From NCBI GenBank assembly GCA_028826165.1, contig JAPDFW010000099.1, positions 179,066 to 243,065 on the forward strand: DNA of 64,000 bases. Reading direction: 5' to 3'. Numbering within the stretch: the stretch's first letter is position 1; every line of letters begins with the position of its first letter. The position numbers were made by a program, and so were the translations under genes. The stretch comes from Anaeramoeba ignava BMAN (lineage: Eukaryota > Protista > Anaeramoebae). This document shows, in pieces, positions 51,801-62,000 of the stretch. The notes under the pieces are model-generated. The model was given only the letters and a program-made list of their open reading frames with translations. It was not told where the DNA came from and ran no database searches.

Positions 51801-54800
51801 TGCGAATATCATAAGAAAGCATTTCATTAAGACAATCAAGAAGATATTCAGTGAATTTTTCTTCAGGGAATTTAGTGAAGAAATTAACAAGAAAATCTTT
51901 TGGAATTAAATCAGAATGAACAATAACTCTTTTGATTGATTTAAGATCATCATAATGTTCCAAAGCTCTTTGATACAAACCAGCTTGTTCACATAAATAT
52001 GCAATTTTAGCAGTATCATAATGAGAAAAAACATCCTGACCCAATATCGCATCTGCAACTCTTGGAGCTGCTTTTAAATTGATTTCCAACAATGTTGTTT
52101 GCAAAGGTCCATCTTCTTCTTTATCATCCTTAAGAACATCAAGCAAGAGTTGTGTTAATTCTTTGATCATATTTGCGTTCAGGAAAATTGTGATCACGAC
52201 TTGAATATCAATAAGTGGTTTTTCATTTTCTTCACTGAGTAATAATTGGACAAAACTCACAGCACCAGCTTGATCAATACGGATAATATTTGAGAGCAAA
52301 AATGCATAATCAGGTTGATATCCAACTTTGTTTGCATAGATTATAATGTTTTGGTATTGTCCTCGTTCAGCAAGACTTTGCACAACTTTGGCTGATGCTT
52401 TTGCACGGAGATAAACAGACAAAGCAAGTTGTGTATCGAATTGTCTTATCAAATCACCAAGTTCTTCAGAACATTCAAGTTTTTCTTCTTTCAACCATTT
52501 CTCAACTAATTGTAATTTTCCTCCTTGCAAAACTCTTCGGCATAATTCTATTGATTCATAAGAATTAAGTGAACCTCTTTCAAGAAGAACAGAGAAATAT
52601 TGCAAAAGTGGATGAGGTTGTCCTTGGATAGGAGGAGCCTTTTCAAAAAGAGCAACTGTTTGAGGAGTTCTGAGGAAACCTTTTGGAGAATCTGCAACAA
52701 CTTTGGCTGCTTGTTGATAATTTCTTTGATTGTATAAAACGCTTAATTGATTTGAGAAAATATCATTTGCTCCTGATAAATTGCATTCAGTTGCTTTTTG
52801 GATTGCCAATTCAGGATTCTGTAATTTTGTTGAAATGTAAGAGATGAATGTGTCTTCATTAATTGAGATTGATAAAACTTGTCCCTTTTTATTGATTCCA
52901 ATAATTCCCTTTCCATTTTCATCCATTGTTGTTCTGAATATAGTGTCTGCAGAAATGCGGTTTGCATAAATCAAAGTTGCTGTTTGCAGATCGTAAATAT
53001 GAAAGAATCCAAATTTGGTGATTAAATAGATGATTGAGTATTTCTCGCTAATTTCCATTGCGACTGGAAAATCAGCCGGAATATCTGTATTTTGATACAT
53101 TTCTGTTGATACTTTTTTGAATTCAGGTTCATTTGCTCTTAAATCAGCGCCAACTTCAATAACATGAAGTCTTGAGATTGTGTCTGTTTTCAAAGTGAAT
53201 GCGAATACCATTGATGGTGTTGTTGCTCCTTCTACTTTGTATGAGCAAAAGGCTGCTGCATGACTGTCTAATTTTTGTGATCCTTTTTTATCTATTGAAT
53301 ATAATTGAGAAATTCCTGCAATTCTTTGGTCTATTTGTGTTAATCCTGTAAGAACACACCATTTTCCATCTGGAGAAACTTGATAATTAATAATTTGTGT
53401 ATCTAATAATTCTTGTTGGATATCAAAAACGTATTGAGGATCAGAATCACCTAAAAAAATAATAAATTAAAAATAAATTAATTAAAATAAAATAAATAAA
53501 ATAAATTATAAAAATTAAATTAATTACCATCCATTGTCCAATGATATACTTTTGTTGGTGTAACAATTGCAAGTGCATTATCTGAAATCCATTTCCAAAA
53601 AGATACTTCTTCATTCATAACATAACTTTTCATTTTTGATCTCATTTCAAGATTAAAGACTTGTAAAGTTTTTGCAGCTATTTTTTTTATTTATAATTTA
53701 AAATTTAAATTTAATTTATTTATATTTATATTTATATTATTTAAATATTTTGATTTATATTTACATTTATATTTATATTTATATTTATATTATTTATATT
53801 TATATTTATATTTATATTTATATTTATATTTATATTTATATTTATATTTATATTTATATTTTTATTTATATTTTATTTATATTTATATTTATATTTATAT
53901 TTATATTTATATTTATATTTATATTTATATTTATATTTATATTTATATTTATATTTATATTTATATTTATATTTATATTTATATTTTTATATTTATATTT
54001 TATTTATGTTTTTAAATATTTTAAATTTTATATTTATATTTTTATTTTATATTTATATTTATATTTATATTTATATTTATATTTATATTTATATTTATAT
54101 TTATATTTATATTTATATTTATATTTATATTTATATTTATATTTATATTTATATTTATATTTATATTTATATTTATATTTATATTTATATTTATAATTAT
54201 ATTTATATTTATATTTATATTTATATTTATATTTATATTTATATTTATATTTTTTATATTTATATTTATATTTATATTTATATTTATATTTATATTTATA
54301 TTTATATTTATATTTTATATTTATATTTATATTTATATTTTAAATATTTGTTTATATTTTAAAATATTTTTGATTTATATTTATAATTTATATTTTATAT
54401 TTATATTTTTATATTTATATTTATATTATATTTTTATTTATATTTATTTTAAATATATTTTTTTTATATTTTTTTATATTTATATTTATATTTATATTTA
54501 TATTTATATTTATATTTATATTTATATTTATATTTATATTTATATTTATATTTATATTTATATTTATATTTATATTTATATTTTATATATATATTTATAT
54601 TTTATATTTTATATTTATATTTATATTTTATATTTATATTTATATTTATATTTATATTTATATTTATATTTATATTTATATTTATATTTATATTTATATT
54701 TTTTTATTTTATATTTATATTTATATTTTATTTTTATATTTATATTTATATTTATATTTATATTTATATTTATATTTATATTTATATTTTATATTTATAT

Positions 54801-55381
54801 TTATATTTATATTTATATTTAGATTTATATTTAGATTTATTTATATTTATATTTATATTTATATTTATATTTATATTTATATTTATATTTATATTTATAT
54901 TTATATTTATAATTTATATTTATATTTATATTTATATTTTTAAATTTATATTTATATTTATATTTATATTTATATTTATATTTATATTTATATTTATATT
55001 TATATTTATATTTATATTTATATTTATATTTATATTTATATTTATATTTATATTTATATTTATATTTATATTTATATTTATATTTTGATTTATATTTAAA
55101 TATTTTGATTAATATTATTTATTAAAATTACCTTTTAATGCAATAACAAATGATTTTGGATTCATAATTGCTGAATCTGCTTTAATTGGTCTTTTTGATA
55201 ATTGATGAGGATTTTTTAAATCAACAATTATAACATTTGCAGCTTGGTCTGTTTGTTCTTGAACACAAATATATTTATGACTTTCCATTGTTGTTGTATG
55301 AAATCCAAAAAATTCAGGATCAATTCCAAGGTCTTTTAAATTTAAAATTTCAACATATTTTATTGGTAAATTTTGTGCCAT
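48839..55381 (-). CDS. CLTC: Clathrin heavy chain (3 exons; one frame break in a T6 run at 49569-49574)
   Basis: N-terminal propeller ([33 protein letters not shown]), CHCR repeats ([34 protein letters not shown]) and trimerisation region [18 protein letters not shown]. ORFs 55115..55381, 49567..53211 and 48839..49570 join. Confidence 0.98.
53720..55100. repeat. (TATATT)n microsatellite filling clathrin heavy chain intron 1 (~1.4 kb)
   Basis: Near-pure hexamer tract; explains the spurious IYIY/LYLY ORFs at 53750-54822. Confidence 0.95.
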
Positions 55382-55478
55382 TTTTCCTTTTTTTTGAAAG
55401 AAGAAAAATGAAAATGAAAAAATGAAAAAATGAAAAAATGAAAAAATTTTTTTTTCATTTTTCTTTTATTTTAGTTAA
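55382..55478. promoter_or_regulatory. 97-bp divergent promoter region between clathrin heavy chain and actin
   Basis: Head-to-head ATGs at 55381 (-) and 55479 (+). Tandem AAAATGAAAA copies face clathrin and a TTTTTCATTTTT copy faces actin. Confidence 0.65.
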
Positions 55479-56615
55479 ATGGAAATTGATGATATTAAAC
55501 CAATTGTCATTGATAATGGATCTGGATTTACAAAAGCAGGATTTGCAGGAGAAGATGCGCCTCGATATATTTTCCCAACAATAGTAGGAAGAAAAAAAAT
55601 AAATAATCAATATCCAAATATGATTGAAATCGAATTAAAAAACGCATATATTGGAGAAGAAGCAATTACAAAAAGGGGGGTATTGACCTTAAGAAATCCA
55701 ATAGAACGAGGAATAGTGACAAATTGGGACGATATGGAAAAAATATGGCATCATACATTTTATAACAAATTAAGAGTTGCGGTTGAAGAACATCCAGTTT
55801 TATTAACTGAACCGCCATTGAATCCAAAAGCAAATAGAGAAAAACTGACCCAAATCATGTTTGAAACATTTGGCATTCCAGCAATGTATCTTGGTATGAC
55901 ATCCACTTTGGCTATTTATTCTTCAGGAAGAACAACTGGTGTTACTGTTGAAATTGGTGATGGTGTCTCTCATTCTGTCCCTATTTATGAAGGCTATGCT
56001 TTGCCTCATGCTATTTTGAGGCTTGATTTGGCAGGAAGAGACTTGACTGATTATTTAGCCAAAATTCTGAACGAAAATGGATATCCTTTTGTCACAAGTG
56101 ATGAAAGACAGATTGTTGATGATATCAAAGAGAAATTTTGTTATTCTGCTTATGATTTTGAGAATGAAATGGAAAATTCGGATGAAAATTTGATCGAAAA
56201 AAAATATGAACTGCCAAATGGTGATATTGTGAAATTAGCCAAGGAACGATTTAGATGTCCCGAGGCCTTATTCAAACCTTCTTTGATTGGAAAAGAAGAA
56301 AAAGGTATTCATGAAATCACTTTTAATACTCTTCTCAAGTGTAGTATCGATATCAGAAAAAATCTCTATGAAAACATTGTTTTATCTGGCGGAACTTCAA
56401 TGCTTCCTGGATTAGCTGATCGACTTCAAAAGGAAATTACTCAATTAGCTCCGCAATATGTCAAAGTTAATATTACTAATCCTTCTGAAAGAAAATTTTC
56501 TGTTTGGATTGGTGGATCAATGTTGGCTTCTCTTTCCACTTTCTCTTCTATGTGGGTTACAAAGGATGAATATGATGAATCAGGTCCTCCAATAGTTCAT
56601 AGAAAATGCTTTTAA
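55479..56615 (+). CDS. Divergent actin / actin-like protein, intronless, 378 aa
   Basis: [59 protein letters not shown] and the C-terminal IVHRKCF are present. Many non-conservative changes relative to conventional actin. Confidence 0.95.
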   Translation: MEIDDIKPIVIDNGSGFTKAGFAGEDAPRYIFPTIVGRKKINNQYPNMIEIELKNAYIGEEAITKRGVLTLRNPIERGIVTNWDDMEKIWHHTFYNKLRVAVEEHPVLLTEPPLNPKANREKLTQIMFETFGIPAMYLGMTSTLAIYSSGRTTGVTVEIGDGVSHSVPIYEGYALPHAILRLDLAGRDLTDYLAKILNENGYPFVTSDERQIVDDIKEKFCYSAYDFENEMENSDENLIEKKYELPNGDIVKLAKERFRCPEALFKPSLIGKEEKGIHEITFNTLLKCSIDIRKNLYENIVLSGGTSMLPGLADRLQKEITQLAPQYVKVNITNPSERKFSVWIGGSMLASLSTFSSMWVTKDEYDESGPPIVHRKCF

Positions 56616-56626
56616 AAAACTTTCTA

Positions 56627-57277
56627 AAATTCCCAAAAAAAAAAAATTATTTTTGTTCCACTTTTTTTATTGGAATTTTTTGATTGAAAAAAAAATTTTT
56701 CTTTTTCTTTTTTTTGAATTTCCTTTTTCATTTTTCATTTTCATTTTCATTTTTTTTGAATTTCCTTTTCAATTTTTTCTATTGCAAAAAACCCCATAAA
56801 AAGTGAATCAAAAAGTTCTTCTTCCTTTTTCTTAATTTTTGAAAAATTTCCATTTTTAGATTCTTGATTAATTCTTTGGAAAATTTGAACACATTTTTCG
56901 AATAATCCTTTTAAATGAGCAATTTGTTGGTTAAAAGAATCAACTGGTGTTGGGTTTTTTTGGAATTGCAACAATTTGGAATGAATTTGTTGAAAAACAG
57001 TGAAAAAATTAGGCAAATCAATTTCTTGAGAAAAATGAATTTCCGTTATATTTTCAAATTCCATTGGTTCAATTTCAATTTCTTTAATTTCAATAGGTTT
57101 AATTTCAATTGGTTCAATAATATTTTCATCATCAGATGTATTTGGTGATGGTCCTGGTGGTGTTTGTGGTGGTGTTTTTGGTGGTGTTTGTGGCTTAGGT
57201 GTTTTTTCTTTTGAAAATCAATTTATTTTTTTTTAAAAAAAAAGTGGAACAAAAATATTTTTTTTTTTTGGGAATTT
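56627..57277. repeat. ~41-bp inverted repeat (arms 56627-56668 and 57237-57277)
   Basis: AAATTCCC(A)12TTATTTTTGTTCCACTTTTTTT on + matches the reverse complement of AAAAAAAGTGGAACAAAAATA(T)12GGGAATTT with a single-base indel. Confidence 0.85.
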
Positions 57278-58267
57278 CTTACTTGAATAAATAAATTCAA
57301 GAAATGGATTTTGTTTCTTTGGGTCAGAAAAAAGATCTTCTGGCTTTTTTTTTTGAATTTGTCTCGGGTTTTCCTTTTTAAAAAAAAAACAATTTTAGAA
57401 AGAATAAAAAATTAAATTTATTTCTTAAATTTATTTACACTTATCACTTCTTCAATTTCTTTGTTAAAATCTGCACCTTTTGAGCAAAGCATTTTAGCAG
57501 TTTCCGAAAGGTTATGTTGACATGCATAATGAAGAGATGTAAATCCACTCTAAAATGAATTCAATTCCAAAATAAATTTTTGAGAAAAAAAAAAACATTT
57601 CCTTTTTTTCAATAAATTTTTACAATCTAAATTTTTATTTAAATTTTCAAAATGCAATTAATTTTTATAATGAAAAAACTTTATTAAAAAAATTTACATC
57701 AACTTCATCAATTCTAATATTAGGTTGACTTGCTAAATATTCCGCTAAATCAAATGTTTCTGCCGTTTCACAAAAAAAATGAAGAGCTGTTTTATTCTAA
57801 ATATTTTGAAATTTTCAAATTAATTCAACCTAAAAAAAATCTAAATTAAATTTTACTTTCTAAATAATTAAAAAAAAATAACACAATTTTATTCTCCATT
57901 TTTTTGTTTTTTTTTTGCTTTTTTTGAATTAAATTACTAATTCTTTCTAAAAAATGTTTTTGTTTTTTTGGATTTGAAATTAAAATTTAATGTAAAATTA
58001 ATTCATAAAAAAGAAAATTAAATAATACATGATGTTGATTAATATCAACTTCTTTTTCAATAAGAATTTGTAATTGTTCAATATCTAAGTCAAAAATCTT
58101 CTTTTGGAAATAAGTCTAAAATGATTTAAAAAAAGGAAAAAAAGGAAAATAATTGTTTTTTTTTTCTTTGTTAATTAATTTTAATTCATAATTGCAAATA
58201 AATTTATTATTACTTGTGCATCTTCTTTTTTCATCTTTTTTAATTTTTCTAATTTTTTGTTTGACAT
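56747..58267 (-). CDS. Ankyrin-repeat protein with proline-rich linker and C-terminal helical region; many short exons including candidate microexons
   Basis: Exons 58267-58214, 58115-58029, 57796-57698 (KTALHFFC...LAEYL), 57549-57439 (GFTSLHYACQHN...AKMLCSKGADFN), 57373-57283, then ~57207-56747 (TPPKTPPQTPP joined to ORF 56747..57064). Confidence 0.85.
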
Positions 58268-58342
58268 TTTTTAAATTTTTTAAAAACGAAAAAATGAAAA
58301 AAAAAATGAAAAAAAATTTAAAAAAAAAAAAATAAAAAAAGT

Positions 58343-59012
58343 GGATTTTGATTTTAATTTTAATTTTAATTTTAATTTTGATTTTGATTTTAATTTTAAT
58401 TTTGATTTTAATTTTAATTTTGATTTTGATTTTAATTTTGATTTTAATTTTAATTTTGATTTTGATTTTAATTTTGATTTTAATTTTAATTTTGATTTTG
58501 ATTTTGATTTTGATTTTGATTTTGATTTTGATTTTGATTTTGATTTTAATTTTGATTTTGATTTTGATTTTGATTTTGATTTAGATTTTGATTTTAATTT
58601 TGATTTTGATTTTGATTTTAATTTTGATTTTGATTTTGATTTTAATTTTGATTTTGATTTTAATTTTGAATTTGATTTTAATTTTAATTTTGATTTTAAT
58701 TTTAATTTTGATTTTGATTTTAATTTTGAATTTGATTTTGATTTTAATTTTAATTTTAATTTTAATTTTAATTTTAATTTTGATTTTAATTTTGATTTTA
58801 ATTTTAATTTTGATTTTAATTTTAATTTTGATTTTGATTTTAATTTTGAATTTGATTTTGATTTTGATTTTGATTTAAATTTTAATTTTGATTTTGATTT
58901 TGATTTTGATTTAAATTTTGATTTTGATTTTGATTTTAATTTTAATTTTAATTTTGATTTTGATTTTGATTTAAATTTTGATTTTAATTTTGATTTTAAT
59001 TTTTTATTTTGA
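58343..59012. repeat. Intergenic (GATTTT/AATTTT)n microsatellite
   Basis: Pure hexamer tract between the ankyrin gene promoter and the stop codon at 59015; source of the DFNF/ILIL ORFs. Confidence 0.93.
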
Positions 59013-59014
59013 TT

Positions 59015-62000
59015 TTAAAGTTGTTTCCTTTTATTGAAAATATATCGATATGCTTCTCCTGTATATTTAATAGTTATTTCTTGCGGAAAATAATCTTTAA
59101 TAATTCCACTTTCTCCTTCATATTGAAGTAATATTGAAATATTATGAAGATATCCTTTTAAATTGCTTTTGTTTTGATTTTTTCTATTCTTCCTTTTGCG
59201 ATGTCTTTCAATTTTTTTGTTTTCAGTTTTTTCCTTAGAAAGATATTCTGTAATGTATTTCTCAAAAATAATAATCAATTTATCCAAATCAATTTTCTGA
59301 CAAAATAAATCTAAATTCTTTTCATATTCGGGTGGAATTTTTGATAAATAACTCTTATCAATTTTATTAAGAATATTTTCTGAATACATATCAATATTAT
59401 TGCTAATAAATCTTAAATGTTTGAGTTTTAATGAATGAACTAATGAAACATTTTCCAAACCAAGAATATCAATATCAAATTGATTTGCAAATACAAAAAG
59501 TGTTTGTTCTGGTAACAATGAATCAACTGTTTGAATGTTTGAACATAAATGGATAATATTTTCATAAAATAATTTGAAGTTTCTAATTGAGAATTTTTCA
59601 ATAAGTTCATCAAGAATTTGATTCCATGTTTCTTGTGGAATATCCATTTGATTCCATCTTGAATCATTCAAAAATGAAATATCTAATAAAATCAAATCTG
59701 TAAATTGGAAATTACTCACAATAATTGAAATGTTATCTTTCTTGAAAAATGTAAACAATTTTTGTTTCAAAATCATTTCAAATTTCTCAAAATCGTTTTC
59801 TGGATAATAGAATTGCATGTATTCATTAATTTCCTTGAAATCAAAATTAAATGTTTCATCAATAGTTCTGTTATTAATATCAGATTTATGGATTTTTATT
59901 GGAAATTTAATCATTTTCTCTTTTTGCTTTTTAATATCTTTTTTATTCAAAAATGTTTCATTGAAAATTTCTTTTAATTTCCGATATTCGTTGCAAATAT
60001 AATTAACTAAATTATCAATATTTGGAGAATTCTTAGGATATGAAAGAACTTTGATAATTGGTGAATCTTCTGAAATTAATTGGATTTTTTGTGATACTCT
60101 TTCTTCAATCTGATTTATTTGGGATTCTTTCTTTGTTTCAATAAAGTTTTTATTCAGCTGAGTAATTTCATCATTATTCATTTCACACAAACAAAGTTTC
60201 CAACATTCTTTAAATTCTTTTATCCAATTATTAATGTTTTCTTTCATTTCTTGTTTTTCTTCATTAATAATTTTAATGAAATCAGTAATTTTGATTTGAT
60301 TTGATTCTTGGAAACTGATTTTACTATTGTATTGGGAATTTATCAAGCTAATAAATTTGAGAAAAGATGGTAATAAATCAATCATTTTGAATTTAACAAA
60401 ATTATCCAAAAAGAATTGAGTAATTGGATACTTTTGGATGTTTTTAATGTTTGAAGGTTTCAAAAATTGAGATAATAATAAATTAGATGATGGAGATATA
60501 AATAATAAATCTTTGAATTTAAATGATTCTCCAATTTTTTCAATATTAATTTGTTTAAGAATTTCTTCATGAGAATTAATATAAATATTTTGTAATAAAT
60601 CCTCCCATTTCTGGAATTTATTCATTATAGTTCCATTATCAAGTTCATTTGTGTTTAAAGTGGAAATTTTTGATAAGAAAAGAATGTAATAGAGTTTCGT
60701 ATTTGATAATGTTAAATTAAGAAGGTTTGATAAATGTTTCATTTCATTATAAATTAAAATGGAAATATCTTCAATAATTTCTTTGTTTGAATCGTAATTT
60801 TTCAATAATAAACAATGTTTTCAATGAAAATGAATAATTCTTTTTGCAATTTTTGTTGGTATAATAAATTTAGTATCTCTTAAACTGAACATTTGATTTG
60901 GTTCTTCATAATCAGAAATTCCAAAAATATTCTCATATAATTTTTCATTAGTTAAAAAATCCAAAAACCTATTTCATTGAAAAGTGGAGAAGCAACATGT
61001 TTTGTTTTCAAATATTTTTCTGCTGTTTCCAACAACCACAACAAATATTTTTTGGAAATTTTCTTTTATTATATCAACTTTGCTAAGAATATAGCTAATA
61101 GTTTCTTTTTATTTGATTTTTGTTTCTCATTAAGATTTTGATTTTCGGTAAATGAGGAAGTTATTCTTGTAAGAACGAGTTGCTTTTCGTTTTCTTGAAT
61201 TTCTCCTTTCAAATATTCCAAACAAAATCCATATAAAAATCCTCTTTCATCAAGAATTTCATTTTGTCTAAAAACTTGTAAAAATTTCTCTTCAAATTCT
61301 TTTTTAAATGAAGAAATTCTTTTTGATGCAAAAATATCATATTCTTGGAAAAATTGTTCAAAAACAATTTCTGAAACACCTTTAACTTTGTTCTTTTGAT
61401 AATCTTCTGGATTTTGAATAATATGATGAATATATTGAATTGAATTATATATTCTTGGAAAATATCATTTGTTTGATCAATTTCAGGATATAATTTTTGA
61501 TTGTAAAAATAAGGAATGTGAATAAAAATCATTTTTGTGTATTGGAAAAGAGCTTGTAAAAATGTAAAAGCTATCCATTCAATATTTTTGATGAAAATTT
61601 TAAATATTGTTTCAAATTATTGAAAATTGTTTTTCTAAAATCTAAATTGGATTTTGTAAATATCAATAAGTAATTAAAGAAAATTGTAAATAAATTTTGA
61701 ATTTAAATGAATTATTCCCTTTCCAAAAAAATTAAGTAATCTTTGATTTGGTTTGTTAGAATTTAAATTTTCAAGTTGATATTATTGAAAAATTAATAAT
61801 TTGTTTGTCACTTTTTGGAAAATTGAAATTTTTAATCAAAATTTGGAAATAAATTTCAAAAATTGATTAATTCTTTGATCAGAAATATCTTTTTGTTTTT
61901 TTTTCATCCAAAAAGAAATTTAAGAACTCTTTTTTTGAAATTTCATTTTGAATACTTTTGAATTCTTGAGTTTGGGATATTTTTGATAAATTTTTGGTTT

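Noticed and set aside
53750-54822. IYIY/LYLY ORFs; similarly 35376, 43433, 44827 and 58341-59012 ORFs
   Set aside because: Intronic or intergenic hexamer repeats with no coding signal.
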